The translations under genes and the position numbers were made by a program. A stretch of DNA of 64,000 bases from an uncultured Spongiibacteraceae bacterium (GTDB lineage Bacteria; Pseudomonadota; Gammaproteobacteria; Pseudomonadales; DT-91): the NCBI GenBank assembly GCA_964617765.1, contig CAZTZY010000004.1, positions 15 to 64,014 of the forward strand. The letters run 5' to 3'. Under the pieces are notes generated by a model. The model saw nothing but the letters and a program-made list of their open reading frames with translations. It ran no database searches and was not told the DNA's origin. This document shows positions 49,918 to 60,916 of this stretch, piece after piece. Numbering within the stretch: position 1 is the stretch's first letter; each line of letters opens with the position of its first letter.

Positions 49918-50695
49918 TAAAGAGGCTATTAAAACATTATTGGTTGCTTTGGTTCTCTGTCTTGTTTGCTCTGTCCTGGTTTCAACATTTGCAGTTTCAT
50001 TGAAACCGGTACAAACTAAAAATAAGTTGTTAGACAGGAATAAGAATATTTTGGCAGCTGCCGGCCTTTATGAGGAAGGCAAATATACTGATCAGCAGAT
50101 TGATACAATGTTCAGTAATTTTATTGTGAAGCTGGTGAATCTGGAAACCGGAAAATACGCCACAGCAGAAGAAATGAATGCAGACGGCATTAATCCTGAA
50201 AGTTACGAGCAAAGGGTTGCAGCAAAAAATCCAAAAATTTCTAAATCATTGTCGGGCGATGATCCAGCAGGAATTATTCGTCAGGAAAAATATGCCAAGG
50301 TGTATTTGTTAGAGAAAGATGGCTCTCTGGATTTAATCGTACTGCCGGTTCATGGTTATGGCTTGTGGGGTACTTTGTATGGCTTTTTAGCTTTGTCTGG
50401 TGATGTCAATACTGTAAAAGGTTTAGGGTTTTATGAGCATAAGGAAACGCCAGGCTTGGGTGCTCTCGTCGATAGCTCAAAATGGAAAGCATTATGGCCA
50501 GGCAAGACCGCTTATACAGAGGATGGCAAGGTCAACTTAAAAGTTATTAAAGGCAGGGCTACTCATGATAATGAAATTGATGGTTTAAGTGGTGCTTCAT
50601 TAACAACAAGAGGTGTCGATAACCTGATTCATTTCTGGCTTGGTGAAAGAGGCTTTGCGCCATTTTTAAAAAATCTGAAATCCGGTGAGGCATAA
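49910..50695 (+). CDS. nqrC: Na+-NQR subunit C
   Basis: The ATG at 49910 ([10 protein letters not shown]) overlaps the nqrB stop. It has a single TM segment and the FMN-binding motif [14 protein letters not shown]. The ORF-track start at 49838 is an in-frame extension inside nqrB. Confidence 0.88.
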   Translation: MLSKEAIKTLLVALVLCLVCSVLVSTFAVSLKPVQTKNKLLDRNKNILAAAGLYEEGKYTDQQIDTMFSNFIVKLVNLETGKYATAEEMNADGINPESYEQRVAAKNPKISKSLSGDDPAGIIRQEKYAKVYLLEKDGSLDLIVLPVHGYGLWGTLYGFLALSGDVNTVKGLGFYEHKETPGLGALVDSSKWKALWPGKTAYTEDGKVNLKVIKGRATHDNEIDGLSGASLTTRGVDNLIHFWLGERGFAPFLKNLKSGEA

Positions 50696-50700
50696 ATATT

Positions 50701-51369
50701 ATGGCTACTGAAACAATGAAGACGATTTTAGTAGAACCTATTGTTGCAAAAAATCCGATCACCTTGCAGGTTCTGGGTATATGTTCATCGCTGGCGGTAA
50801 CATCAAGCCTGAACACTGCACTGGTAATGGGTATCGCCTTGACAGTGGTAACAGCTTTTTCCAGTTATTTTATTGCCTTAATTCGTAACTTCATTCCCAG
50901 TAGTATTCGAATCATAGTGCAAATGATTATTATTGCTTCTCTCGTTATTGTGGTTGATCAGATTCTTCAGGCTTATGCCTATAGTATCAGTAAATCGTTG
51001 TCGGTATTTGTTGGGCTCATCATTACTAACTGTATTGTTATGGGGCGAGCAGAAGGTTATGCCATGTCTAATGGTGCAGTGAAGAGTTTTATTGATGGTA
51101 TCGGTAATGGTTTGGGTTACACGCTGATTTTATTGCTGGTCGGTACTTTCCGAGAGTTTTTGGGCAGTGGTTCCTTGTTTGGATTTTCAATTATCCCCCT
51201 TGTGCAGGATGGTGGTTGGTATCAGGCTAATGGCTTGTTGCTTTTGCCCCCGAGTGCATTTTTTATTATTGCGATGCTGATCTGGCTGGTGCGTACATGG
51301 AAGCCGGAGCAGCAAGAAAAATCTGAATTTAAAATAGCGCAGCATACAAAAGCGATGGGAGCACATTAA
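50701..51369 (+). CDS. nqrD: Na+-NQR subunit D
   Basis: Rnf/Nqr D-type membrane protein with the motifs [17 protein letters not shown] and [14 protein letters not shown]. Confidence 0.9.
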   Translation: MATETMKTILVEPIVAKNPITLQVLGICSSLAVTSSLNTALVMGIALTVVTAFSSYFIALIRNFIPSSIRIIVQMIIIASLVIVVDQILQAYAYSISKSLSVFVGLIITNCIVMGRAEGYAMSNGAVKSFIDGIGNGLGYTLILLLVGTFREFLGSGSLFGFSIIPLVQDGGWYQANGLLLLPPSAFFIIAMLIWLVRTWKPEQQEKSEFKIAQHTKAMGAH

Positions 51370-51977
51370 TGGAGCATTTTATCAGTTTATTTATACGCTC
51401 TGTTTTTATTGAGAATATGGCTCTCTCATTCTTTTTGGGTATGTGTACGTTTATTGCGGTATCCAAAAAGATAGAAACTGCGATAGGTTTAGGTATATCT
51501 GTTACTTTTGTGCAGGCTATAACAGTGCCCGCTAACAATTTGGTATATCAGTATCTATTGAAAGATGGCGCTTTGGCATGGGCGGGTTATCCTGATCTGG
51601 ATTTAAGTTTTCTGGGTTTTTTAAGCTATATCGGAGTTGTTGCAGCTATAGTGCAAATTCTCGAAATGTTCATGGATAAATTTGTGCCGTCGCTCTATAA
51701 CGCTTTAGGTATATATCTCCCTTTGATTACTGTTAATTGTGCAATTCTTGGGGGAGCACTGTTAATGGTAGAGCGTGACTATAATTTTTCGGAAAGTGTT
51801 ATTTATGGAATTGGTTCGGGCTTTGGCTGGGCTTTGGCTATTGCGGCAATGGCCGGCATAAGGGAAAAGCTGAAATACAGTGATGTGCCAAAAGCGTTAC
51901 AAGGCCTGGGTATTGGTTTTGTCACTACAGGCTTGATGGCGCTTGGTTTTATGTCTTTTGGTGGCATGTCTATATAA
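51369..51977 (+). CDS. nqrE: Na+-NQR subunit E
   Basis: Motifs: [18 protein letters not shown] and [17 protein letters not shown] 1-nt overlap joins it to nqrD. Confidence 0.9.
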   Translation: MEHFISLFIRSVFIENMALSFFLGMCTFIAVSKKIETAIGLGISVTFVQAITVPANNLVYQYLLKDGALAWAGYPDLDLSFLGFLSYIGVVAAIVQILEMFMDKFVPSLYNALGIYLPLITVNCAILGGALLMVERDYNFSESVIYGIGSGFGWALAIAAMAGIREKLKYSDVPKALQGLGIGFVTTGLMALGFMSFGGMSI

Positions 51978-52004
51978 CCATTTCGTACAGGTGTAAAAAA
52001 ATAT

Positions 52005-53240
52005 ATGATTGATACAGGTACAATTATCAGCGGTGTTTCAATGTTTACCGCTATTATAATGGGATTGGTAGTCATTATTCTGGTTGCCCGTTCGCGACTG
52101 GTAAGTAGCGGTAATGTGACTATTGAAATAAACAATGATCCAGAAAAAGCCATTGTTGTTCCTGCGGGCGGGAAATTATTACAAACGTTGGCTAGCAAAG
52201 GCATATTTTTATCTTCTGCCTGTGGTGGCGGTGGTACATGCGCGCAATGTAAATGTCATGTCATTGATGGTGGCGGTTCGATTTTGGCAACGGAAGAAGG
52301 ACATTTTACTAAAGGACAAATTCGTGATCATATGCGCCTGGCATGCCAGGTGGCTGTTAAGCAAAATATGAAAATCGAAGTAGAACCTGAATTTTTTGGT
52401 GTAAAACAATGGATAACAAGCGTTAGATCAAATAACAATGTTGCTACTTTTATTAAAGAATTAGTGTTGGAGATTCCTGAAGGCCAAAGCGTTGATTTTC
52501 GTGCTGGTGGCTATGTGCAGTTAGAATGTCCTCCGCACAGCGTTGAATATAAAAATTTTGATATTCCTGTAGAGTATCGCGCTGATTGGGAAAAATTTGG
52601 TTTTTTCAATTATGTTTCGAAGGTTGATGAAGCGACTATTCGTGCCTATTCAATGGCAAACTATCCCGATGAAAAAGGTTTAATCAAATTCAATATCCGT
52701 ATTGCTACTCCGCCACCGGGCAGCAAGGATATACCTCCTGGAATCATGTCTTCCTGGGTATTCGGTCTGAGACCGGGCGACAAGGTGAAGGTGTCAGGTC
52801 CGTTTGGGGAGTTTTTTGCCAAAGATACTGATGCGGAAATGGTGTTCATTGGTGGTGGTGCTGGTATGGCGCCGATGCGTTCGCATATTTTTGACCAGTT
52901 AAAGCGTTTGCAGTCCAAGCGCAAGATTACTTTCTGGTATGGTGCCCGTAGCAGGCGCGAGATGTTCTACTATGATGAATATGATGCATTAGCCAAGGAG
53001 TTTAATAATTTCACATGGCATGCTGCATTGTCTGATCCAATGCCCGAAGATAACTGGACTGGTTATACTGGTTTCATACATAACGTCGTTTATGAAAATC
53101 AACTTAAGAATCATCCGGCTCCAGAAGATTGTGAGTTCTATATGTGTGGGCCGCCAATGATGAATAAATCTGTCATTGCCATGTTGAAAGATCTGGGTGT
53201 GGCGGATGAAAATATCATGCTTGATGATTTTGGCGGATAG
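52005..53240 (+). CDS. nqrF: Na+-NQR subunit F (2Fe-2S ferredoxin, FAD and NADH binding)
   Basis: It has an N-terminal TM segment, a 2Fe-2S motif ([15 protein letters not shown]), an FAD motif (RAYSMANYP) and an NADH motif ([15 protein letters not shown]). Confidence 0.92.
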   Translation: MIDTGTIISGVSMFTAIIMGLVVIILVARSRLVSSGNVTIEINNDPEKAIVVPAGGKLLQTLASKGIFLSSACGGGGTCAQCKCHVIDGGGSILATEEGHFTKGQIRDHMRLACQVAVKQNMKIEVEPEFFGVKQWITSVRSNNNVATFIKELVLEIPEGQSVDFRAGGYVQLECPPHSVEYKNFDIPVEYRADWEKFGFFNYVSKVDEATIRAYSMANYPDEKGLIKFNIRIATPPPGSKDIPPGIMSSWVFGLRPGDKVKVSGPFGEFFAKDTDAEMVFIGGGAGMAPMRSHIFDQLKRLQSKRKITFWYGARSRREMFYYDEYDALAKEFNNFTWHAALSDPMPEDNWTGYTGFIHNVVYENQLKNHPAPEDCEFYMCGPPMMNKSVIAMLKDLGVADENIMLDDFGG

Positions 53241-54293
53241 ATGACGGGTTTAAATAAGCTGTCATTTGTCAGGTATCTAAGGGCGAGTCTGGTATTCCAG
53301 TTCTCGCTTTTGTTTTTGTGGGGCTGTGATTCTCGCCAATACGAAATTTTTCAAGGGCCAACCCAGGGTACGCAATATCATATTACTGCCCAATTACCCC
53401 GAAATATTACCCATGAAAAAGTTCAGGAAGAAATTGATAAAATCCTGAAGGATGTTGATATCAGCTTATCGACTTATCGTGAAGATTCAGAGATCAGTCG
53501 CTTCAATAAAATGCCTATTGGTTCCAGAGTGAAAGTGAGTCAAGAGTTTATTGATGTGTTGAATGTTTCTCGTGAGGTTTTTGAGCAATCATCGGGTGCA
53601 TTTAATCCCAGTGTTAATGATCTTGTGCAATTATGGGGATTTGGGAAAAAATTATCGACTGGGCAAAAAGCGGTAATTCCTGATGGAAAAGCTATAGCTG
53701 ATGCAAAATACACGATGAATTTTGAAGCGGTTATCATCAAGGGTCGCGAAATTCAAAAAACGTTACCGGTAAAGCTCGATTTTAATGGAGTGGCTCAAGG
53801 TTATACTGTGGATCTGCTGGGAAAGGTTCTGCAAACGCTTGGCGTTGAAAATTATATGGTAGAGGTTGGTGGAGAGGTGGCAACCAAGGGCTTAAGTCCT
53901 AGAGGCAATGACTGGCGCATTGGGGTTGAAATGCCAGACAATTTAAATGTACAGGCGGATCATCAGGTATTTGCGGCATTGTCCTTAAGCAATGCCAATT
54001 TGGCGACATCAGGTGATTACAGGGATTATTATGAGATTAATGGAAAACGTTATTCGCATACTATTGATCCTCAGAGCGGTAAGCCGATAAACCACAAGTT
54101 GGCTTCTGTTACGGTCATCACAAAATCTACCGGTCATGCCGATGCCTGGGCTACGGCATTTATGGTGTTGGGAGAAACTGCGGGATTTGAACTGGCTGAA
54201 AAACTGACAATGCCTGCATATTTCATTTATCGAATTAATGGCAAGTTTGATGTAAAAATGACCAGGGCGATGCACCCCTATATTGAGAAGTGA
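53241..54293 (+). CDS. apbE: FAD:protein FMN transferase (ApbE) lipoprotein
   Basis: Lipobox: LLFLWGCDS. ApbE motifs: AFNPSVNDLVQLWGFG, TSGDYRDYYEINGKRYSHTIDPQSG and ADAWATAF. It lies immediately after nqrF. Confidence 0.88.
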   Translation: MTGLNKLSFVRYLRASLVFQFSLLFLWGCDSRQYEIFQGPTQGTQYHITAQLPRNITHEKVQEEIDKILKDVDISLSTYREDSEISRFNKMPIGSRVKVSQEFIDVLNVSREVFEQSSGAFNPSVNDLVQLWGFGKKLSTGQKAVIPDGKAIADAKYTMNFEAVIIKGREIQKTLPVKLDFNGVAQGYTVDLLGKVLQTLGVENYMVEVGGEVATKGLSPRGNDWRIGVEMPDNLNVQADHQVFAALSLSNANLATSGDYRDYYEINGKRYSHTIDPQSGKPINHKLASVTVITKSTGHADAWATAFMVLGETAGFELAEKLTMPAYFIYRINGKFDVKMTRAMHPYIEK

Positions 54294-54297
54294 AATA

Positions 54298-54525
54298 ATG
54301 GAAGTGATCTTTGCATTTGTTTTTTTCGTACTTTTTTTTCTTGGTATGTCGGTGAGTTTATTAGTAAAAGGCAAACCTATCAAAGGTTCTTGCGGCGGTG
54401 TGGCGGCTTTAATGGGAAATGAAAGCTGTGAGATTTGTGGTGGTAATCCTGATAAGTGTGAAGAAGTTCAGCAGGAAAAAAGCAGTAAAAATCTTGCATA
54501 TAATGCTGCGGTAAAGAAAAAATAA
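54298..54525 (+). CDS. nqrM: (Na+)-NQR maturation factor NqrM
   Basis: A 75-aa protein with one TM segment and the Cys motif KGSCGG...CEICGG..DKCE. It occupies the canonical position after apbE. The ATG at 54298 is internal to the ORF-track ORF. Confidence 0.8.
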   Translation: MEVIFAFVFFVLFFLGMSVSLLVKGKPIKGSCGGVAALMGNESCEICGGNPDKCEEVQQEKSSKNLAYNAAVKKK

Positions 54526-54606
54526 TTTCCCCTATCTCGAAATATAGTAATTAACGAAAACAATAATTGGCATGAGCCAGATTTTAATAAACAGTATAGT
54601 TGCCCT

Positions 54607-55866
54607 ATGATGAATATCAGGCTCCCAATAATGATCGGTTTACGTTATAACCGATCTACCAATAAGCAACGGTTTTTATCCTTATTATCCTGGGTGTCAT
54701 TGTTAGGCATGATATTGGGCGTTGCTGCCTTGATCATTGTTTTATCGGTAATGAATGGCTTTCAGGCAGAGTTGCGTGATCGAATGCTCGCATTGATTGC
54801 ACATGGACAGATAGAGGGTAATGCTGAACAACCTTTTGGTGAATGGCAGCAGCTTGGAAAAAAACTTGAAGAATTTCCTGGAATTATTGCAGTTGCCCCT
54901 TTGGTGGGAGGAGATGTAATGATCTCTTCAGGTAGAGTTTTGCGTGCGGTTGAATTACAGGGTGTGGATATTATTGAAGAACAAAAGATTGCCCAAATTC
55001 ATGATCGAATAGTTGTGGGTGATTTGGCAGATTTTTCTACAAAACGGTTCCCTATTATTTTAGGCAGAGCATTGGCAAATAGTATGGGCGTGGGTGTTGG
55101 TGAAACGATTGCAGTGGTGTTGCCAAAAATGAATATTACACCCATTGGTGCGAGGCCGAGAATCAAGCAATTCAAGGTGGTGGCATTGTTTGAGGTTGGT
55201 GCTGAAATGGATTCGACACATGCATATATCCCGTTAAAGGATGCACAGCGATTATATGCTATTGGTAATCAAGTCCATGCATTACGTTATTTAACCCGGG
55301 ATGTGCTTACTTCAGAATCAATAACAGCTGATCTTCAGCGCTATGTTAATCAACTGCAATCGGGATTGCGTGTGGCACCCTGGACAGAAAAGCGACTGCA
55401 ATTATTCAGTGCAGTGAAAATGGAAAAAATCATGGTGATGTTTATGCTTAGCATGATTATTGCTGTAGCCAGTTTTAACCTGATTTCAGTGTTAAGCATG
55501 ATGGTTTCGGAGAAGCGGGGCGAGATAGCCGTGTTGCGTATGATGGGTTTTTCACAGTGGAGTGTAATGATTGTTTTTTTAACACAAGGATTAAGTCTGG
55601 CGTTAGTAGGTTTAATGTTGGGTGGCGTTATTGGTATTATTACAGCGCTCAATTTAACTGTCATTATTCATTTCCTGGAAAATCTTTTCGGGTTTTATTT
55701 GTTTGATCCCAATGTTTTTTACATATCCGGATTACCTTCAACATTAATGTGGCAGGATGTGGTTTATGTATTCATACTCAGCGTTGTATTTAGTATTTTG
55801 TTTACGGTCTACCCGGCTTATAGAGCTTCCCGTGTTCAGGCTGTAGAAGCATTACAATATCAATAG
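54607..55866 (+). CDS. lolC: Lipoprotein-releasing ABC transporter permease LolC
   Basis: MacB/FtsX-type topology. The N-terminus reads IGLRYNRSTNKQRFLSLLSWVSLLGMILGVAALIIVLSVMNGF. It is the first gene in the lolCDE order. Confidence 0.85.
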   Translation: MMNIRLPIMIGLRYNRSTNKQRFLSLLSWVSLLGMILGVAALIIVLSVMNGFQAELRDRMLALIAHGQIEGNAEQPFGEWQQLGKKLEEFPGIIAVAPLVGGDVMISSGRVLRAVELQGVDIIEEQKIAQIHDRIVVGDLADFSTKRFPIILGRALANSMGVGVGETIAVVLPKMNITPIGARPRIKQFKVVALFEVGAEMDSTHAYIPLKDAQRLYAIGNQVHALRYLTRDVLTSESITADLQRYVNQLQSGLRVAPWTEKRLQLFSAVKMEKIMVMFMLSMIIAVASFNLISVLSMMVSEKRGEIAVLRMMGFSQWSVMIVFLTQGLSLALVGLMLGGVIGIITALNLTVIIHFLENLFGFYLFDPNVFYISGLPSTLMWQDVVYVFILSVVFSILFTVYPAYRASRVQAVEALQYQ

Positions 55867-55873
55867 GAATTCT

Positions 55874-56572
55874 ATGCCTGAAATTATTTTACATTGTCAT
55901 CAATTGGAAAAAACCTATCATCAAGGCAGGTCTGACCTTTGTGTTTTAAATGGCATTAATTTTTCAATCTATAAGGGTGAGTCAGTTGCTATTGTAGGTG
56001 CTTCAGGTTCCGGGAAATCAACATTATTGAATTTGCTGGGTGGGCTGGATGTGGCGACGCGGGGTTATGTTGAGTTATTAGGTAATCGTTATGAAAATCT
56101 GAATGAATCGCAACTATCCACTTTAAGAAACAGGGAGTTGGGCTTTGTTTATCAGTTTCATCATTTACTCAGTGAATTTGATGCCCTGGAAAATGCAGCT
56201 ATGCCATTGCTGATCAGGGGTTTGCCAAAAAAACAGGCCAAACTGGAAGCAGAAAAAATTCTGGAAAAAGTAGGTCTAAAGGATAGGCTATACCATCGCC
56301 CCTCAGAGCTTTCCGGTGGGGAGCGCCAGCGTGTTGCTATAGCCAGGGCGTTAGTGGCAAAGCCCAGTTGCGTGCTCATGGATGAGCCTACAGGTAATCT
56401 GGATGAAAAAACTGCCTGCCATATTCAGGCATTATTGCAGGAATTAAATCAGGAATTGGGTATTTGTTTTATTCTTGTTACACATGACAGGCAAATCGCA
56501 TTACAACAACAACGCATTCTTTCTTTACATGATGGTCAGTTAAACGAGTTTAATAAAGATGAATGGCTTTAG
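55874..56572 (+). CDS. lolD: Lipoprotein-releasing ABC transporter ATPase LolD
   Basis: Walker A: GASGSGKST. Signature: LSGGERQRVAIARAL. Walker B: VLMDEPTGNLD. It lies between two LolC/E-type permease genes. Confidence 0.9.
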   Translation: MPEIILHCHQLEKTYHQGRSDLCVLNGINFSIYKGESVAIVGASGSGKSTLLNLLGGLDVATRGYVELLGNRYENLNESQLSTLRNRELGFVYQFHHLLSEFDALENAAMPLLIRGLPKKQAKLEAEKILEKVGLKDRLYHRPSELSGGERQRVAIARALVAKPSCVLMDEPTGNLDEKTACHIQALLQELNQELGICFILVTHDRQIALQQQRILSLHDGQLNEFNKDEWL

Positions 56573-57785
56573 TCTACTGGTTGGTTTGCGCTACACATTA
56601 TCGCGTAAGCAGAGTCATCTGGTAGCGTTTATTTCTCGTGTATCAACCCTCGGTATGGTGCTTGCTGTCAGTGTATTGATAACTGTAGTTTCAGTCATGA
56701 ATGGTTTTGATCGTGAGTTAAGGGAAAAAATCCTCGCCATTGTGCCACACGCAACCTTGATGGGTTTTGATGCTACCCCTGATTGGAAGCGTTATATTGA
56801 TATTTCCCTCAGGCATCCTGGTGTAGTTGATGCGGCCCCGTTTAGTTACCTGCAAGGCCTTGTCATGCATAAGTCGGCCGTAAAGCCAGTTTTCTTTTAC
56901 GGTATTGATCCGGATTTTGAAAAAGAAGGGTCAATATTATTGAAAATGATGGGGCGTGATTTGCTGTATTCGATCAAGCAGGATAAAAGTCTTATTCTGG
57001 GCAAAAAACTGGCTGATAAGTTAAAAATCAATGTCGGTGATACTTTGAAAGTGATTGTTCCTGCTGTTGATAGTGCTGAATTACCCACGATTGACCAGTT
57101 TCAGGTGAATGGATTTCTCGATAGTGGCACGGAGCTCGATGAAAAAATTATTTTAATGCACCGTTCAGGTATCGCATTATTAAATGGCAAGCCTGCTGAT
57201 AGTGTTGATGGTATACGAATTTCAGTTGATGATTTATTTGCTGCAGGAAAAATAGCCACAGAATTAAGCGAACTTACCCATCTTTATCAGGTTAAAGACT
57301 GGTCTCGTACTCATGGTAATCTTTATCAGGCGGTACAAATGTCGCGAAAAATGGTTCTTTTGTTGGTATTCATTATTATTGCTGTAGCAGCATTCAATGT
57401 GGTCTCTACCTTGATTCTTGCGGTTAATGATAAGGCGGCTGATATTGCCATATTGCGTACCATGGGTGCTACGCGTCACCAAATTCTCGGTATATTTATT
57501 ATTCAGGGTGCTGTTATTGGCGTGGTTGGAGTCGTTATAGGGGTAATAGTGGGTATTATTTTTAGCGTGGCTGTCAGTGACGGAGTGACATGGCTTGAAC
57601 ATTTTATTGGCTATCAGTTCCTTAAAACGGATGTGTACCCTATTGATCATTTGCCCAGTGATATCCGTGGTGTTGATGTTATCATTGTTGCATTGATTGC
57701 ACTTTTTTTAAGTATTTTTGCAACCATTATTCCTGCATTGCAGGCGAGCAAGATGGAGCCGGCTAAAGTGCTGCGTTATGAATGA
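56559..57785 (+). CDS. lolE: Lipoprotein-releasing ABC transporter permease LolE
   Basis: The N-terminus VGLRYTLSRKQSHLVAFISRVSTLGMVLAVSVLITVVSVMNGF is paralogous to LolC. It overlaps lolD by 14 nt. Confidence 0.85.
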   Translation: MNGFSLLVGLRYTLSRKQSHLVAFISRVSTLGMVLAVSVLITVVSVMNGFDRELREKILAIVPHATLMGFDATPDWKRYIDISLRHPGVVDAAPFSYLQGLVMHKSAVKPVFFYGIDPDFEKEGSILLKMMGRDLLYSIKQDKSLILGKKLADKLKINVGDTLKVIVPAVDSAELPTIDQFQVNGFLDSGTELDEKIILMHRSGIALLNGKPADSVDGIRISVDDLFAAGKIATELSELTHLYQVKDWSRTHGNLYQAVQMSRKMVLLLVFIIIAVAAFNVVSTLILAVNDKAADIAILRTMGATRHQILGIFIIQGAVIGVVGVVIGVIVGIIFSVAVSDGVTWLEHFIGYQFLKTDVYPIDHLPSDIRGVDVIIVALIALFLSIFATIIPALQASKMEPAKVLRYE

Positions 57786-58300
57786 TAGCCGCGTATTTTT
57801 CGCCGGTGTTGCCAGCGTCTTATGGTTGCCCAGCGCCATAATATGTCAACAATGACATATCCAATAGAAGCTGAGCTGATTGATAATATCAGGCTGCCCA
57901 ATAACAGCGGCTTTCCAATAGTGTACAAACTGTTCATTAGCCAATCCCATTCAAGATGAAATTCAATATCCAGTGTCGGTATGTTAAGTATAAAAGCCCC
58001 AATTTTATAACTGGCATATAAAACCGGCGGTGTAGTGACAGGGTTAGTAATCCATACCAGTGCAATACTTAATGGCAGGTTGGCGCGGGCTGCAATACAA
58101 AAAAATGTGGCAGGTATCATCTGTAATGGTATGGGTGTGAAAGCAAAAAATAAGCCAATAAACATTGCCCTGCTGGCTGAGCGTCGATTGAGGTGCCAAA
58201 CATTATGCCCAAGAATAGAGCTGCTGACATAGCGCAGTGTTTTGTGTTCTGCGAGTTTTTCATCAGGAATCATGAAGCGCTTGAGCAGTTTTTTAGGCAT
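57776..58300 (-). CDS. DUF2062-family membrane protein
   Basis: A 174-aa protein with 3-4 TM segments. It occupies the conserved position between lolE and comEC seen in Pseudomonas-like genomes. The family assignment is from memory. Its 3' end overlaps the lolE 3' end by 10 nt (convergent). Confidence 0.55.
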   Translation of the reverse strand: MPKKLLKRFMIPDEKLAEHKTLRYVSSSILGHNVWHLNRRSASRAMFIGLFFAFTPIPLQMIPATFFCIAARANLPLSIALVWITNPVTTPPVLYASYKIGAFILNIPTLDIEFHLEWDWLMNSLYTIGKPLLLGSLILSISSASIGYVIVDILWRWATIRRWQHRRKIRGYHS

Positions 58301-58457
58301 AGTGTGACTTACTCATGGAGGGTTAACATAGTATAGTATGCCAATCGAAAGGGTATTGTCGGCTAAGCTAAAATATTAGTACATACTTGGAACCGATATC
58401 GGTCAAGTTGTATTGATTTTTTTGTTGTATCACGTTAACTGGCACAAGGATGTTGCT

Positions 58458-60785
58458 ATGTATTTTTGTATTGCTTTTAGTGTCGCACTTATTTTAAGTG
58501 GCTTCCAGTCTGCACTGCTTCCCGTTTCTTTAAGCCTGTCGTTTTTATTCCTGTGCTTTTTATTGTTATTTCCCTGTTGGCGCTATAGCCAATGGCGACC
58601 CTTCTTGATTTTTTTAATTGGATTTTTGATAGGCATTGCCTACATCAATCTGGTTGCTTCGTATCGACTGGAAAACCAGTTGCCGGTTAGTCTGGAGAAT
58701 AAAGATATTCATGTGATTGTGGAGGTTGCCGGTTTGCCCATCAATAAGGGTCGATATCAGCAGTATCCGGCAAATGTAATTTCATCCCCTGATGCAGTGG
58801 GTTTGCAGCGGATATTGATCAGCGATTATGAGCCTAAAAATATTCATCCCTGTGATACATGGCAACTCACGGTACGGCTTAAGCGCCCGCATAGCCTGGG
58901 CAATCCCGCAGGTTTTGATTATGAGGCTTATTTACTTGAGTTGGGTATTCAGGGTAAAGGCTATATTCGCAAAGCATCCCTGATGTCATCTCATGAAGGT
59001 TTTTGTTTGCACAGGGTAAGGCGGGAGTGGAGTGATTATGTGTTAGAACGTTTGCCGCAGGAAAGTGCTGCATGGATTGTAGCCTTGAGTACCGGCGATA
59101 AAAGTCTGCTGAATGAGGAACAAAATCTACTTTTACGTGAAACAGGCACAACACATTTGTTTGTGATATCAGGTTCACATATTGCGTTATGTGCATTGGC
59201 TATTTACTGGTTTTTAATGTTGTTGAGGCGTTGTGGTTTAGGTCGAATATGGGATGGCGATTGGCGGCCTTTTGTAGCACTCACTTCTTTAACAGTGGCG
59301 GCAATGTATACCGCATTGGCAGGCTTTGGTGTGCCGTCAGTCCGTTCATTGATTATGCTCAGTGTTTTTTTGGGGGCGCAGGTCATAGGCCTGCAAACCA
59401 GTTTGTGGCTGCGTTACTGGATTTCCATGATGGCCGTACTCTTGATTAACCCATTGTCGGCATTAAATGTTGGTTTCGTTTTGTCTTTTGGAGCTGTATT
59501 TGTGCTTATCATGTTGGCGCAATCAACAACTGAAGTTCCACATCATGCCAGTCGCATAAATCGTTTTTTACAAGGAATAAAAACCTTGTTCTGGGCACAG
59601 TTAGTCATTTTTGTGGGTTTATTGCCCTTCACATTATTGTATTTTTCGCAGGTTTCTTTATTGGCGCCACTGGTTAATTTTATTGCAATACCGAGTATGA
59701 GTTTTGCGATTCTCCCGACCATTTTACTGGCTTTATTGTGCTGGTGTTTAACAGGCAATGATTTCGGTTTGATCCGTTTTGCAGGTTATCAACTGGATCT
59801 GTTATTTCGGGGTATTGAATTGACTAACGCTTACTTCAGGCAATTGCCTGAAACATATCCTTCCTTTGCATTCAGTCATGCCATGATTGCCATTTTATTG
59901 CTGGCCTGTTTGTTGTTGTTAATGCCCACAGCTTTAATGCTGCGTAAAGCGGGATTCTTGCTCTTGCTGGCTGTGTTTACCAGCAATGCTCGGCAATCCG
60001 TGCCCGAAAATACAATATTGATGGATGTTATAGATGTTGATCAGGGTTTGGCAGTGCTGGTACAAACTGCACATCATCAGCTTTTATACGATACCGGTGC
60101 TGCATGGCCAGATGGTAGCATGATGGAAAGGGCTATAAAGCCCTATTTGCTGCAAAAAGGCATTACCCAACTCGACAAGGTGATCATAAGTCATCTGGAT
60201 AATGATCATGCCGGTGGTATTTATGATTTGCTCAAGGATTTTACAGTGGCTGAAGTATACAGCTCCGAGCCGATCAATAAGGTTGAAGGCCAGGCTTGCC
60301 GAGCCGGCCAACATTGGAATTGGGATGGTATCGAATTCAGGATCCTGCATCCGGTAGACCCTGATAATTACTGGGACAGGAATGATAAATCCTGTGTACT
60401 GTTAATCATCGTTGCGGGAAGAAAAATATTACTTCCTGGTGATATAGAGTCTGCTGTCGAACAAGAGCTTCTGGCAAAAACGTTTCCCGAAATTGATGTG
60501 ATGGTAGCGCCTCATCATGGCAGTAAAACCTCATCGACACCTGAATGGGTGCAAAAGGTTAATCATGGCGTGGTTATCTATTCCAGTGGTTATCTTAGCC
60601 AGTTTGGCCATCCCCACGCAGTTGTACAGCAAAGATATCAGGATGCTCATGTGCAGGAATGGAATACGGCATTACAAGGTAAAATCAATGTCAGTGTCGA
60701 TGCCATGGGTAAAGTACAGGTACAGTCCTGGCGAGAACAGGATGGCAGGTATTGGCAAAAAAATGCGCGAAAAACCAATTTTTAG
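58458..60785 (+). CDS. comEC: DNA internalisation-related competence protein ComEC/Rec2 (with C-terminal metallo-beta-lactamase domain)
   Basis: It has a polytopic competence domain (LSTGDKSLL..TGTTHLFVISGSHIA) and an MBL motif (ISHLDNDHAGG...APHHGS). The first ATG is at 58458; the ORF-track start at 58413 is TTG. Confidence 0.85.
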   Translation: MYFCIAFSVALILSGFQSALLPVSLSLSFLFLCFLLLFPCWRYSQWRPFLIFLIGFLIGIAYINLVASYRLENQLPVSLENKDIHVIVEVAGLPINKGRYQQYPANVISSPDAVGLQRILISDYEPKNIHPCDTWQLTVRLKRPHSLGNPAGFDYEAYLLELGIQGKGYIRKASLMSSHEGFCLHRVRREWSDYVLERLPQESAAWIVALSTGDKSLLNEEQNLLLRETGTTHLFVISGSHIALCALAIYWFLMLLRRCGLGRIWDGDWRPFVALTSLTVAAMYTALAGFGVPSVRSLIMLSVFLGAQVIGLQTSLWLRYWISMMAVLLINPLSALNVGFVLSFGAVFVLIMLAQSTTEVPHHASRINRFLQGIKTLFWAQLVIFVGLLPFTLLYFSQVSLLAPLVNFIAIPSMSFAILPTILLALLCWCLTGNDFGLIRFAGYQLDLLFRGIELTNAYFRQLPETYPSFAFSHAMIAILLLACLLLLMPTALMLRKAGFLLLLAVFTSNARQSVPENTILMDVIDVDQGLAVLVQTAHHQLLYDTGAAWPDGSMMERAIKPYLLQKGITQLDKVIISHLDNDHAGGIYDLLKDFTVAEVYSSEPINKVEGQACRAGQHWNWDGIEFRILHPVDPDNYWDRNDKSCVLLIIVAGRKILLPGDIESAVEQELLAKTFPEIDVMVAPHHGSKTSSTPEWVQKVNHGVVIYSSGYLSQFGHPHAVVQQRYQDAHVQEWNTALQGKINVSVDAMGKVQVQSWREQDGRYWQKNARKTNF

Positions 60786-60916
60786 GTAGTCATAGGCATA
60801 AACTTTGTGCGGCTGCTCTACGGAAGATGTAATAGAGTGCCTTTAACCTTGAGTATTCAAGGGGGCATAGTTATCATTGCCAACACTGCATTATTCAAAT
60901 AATAAAGGGTTGCACT

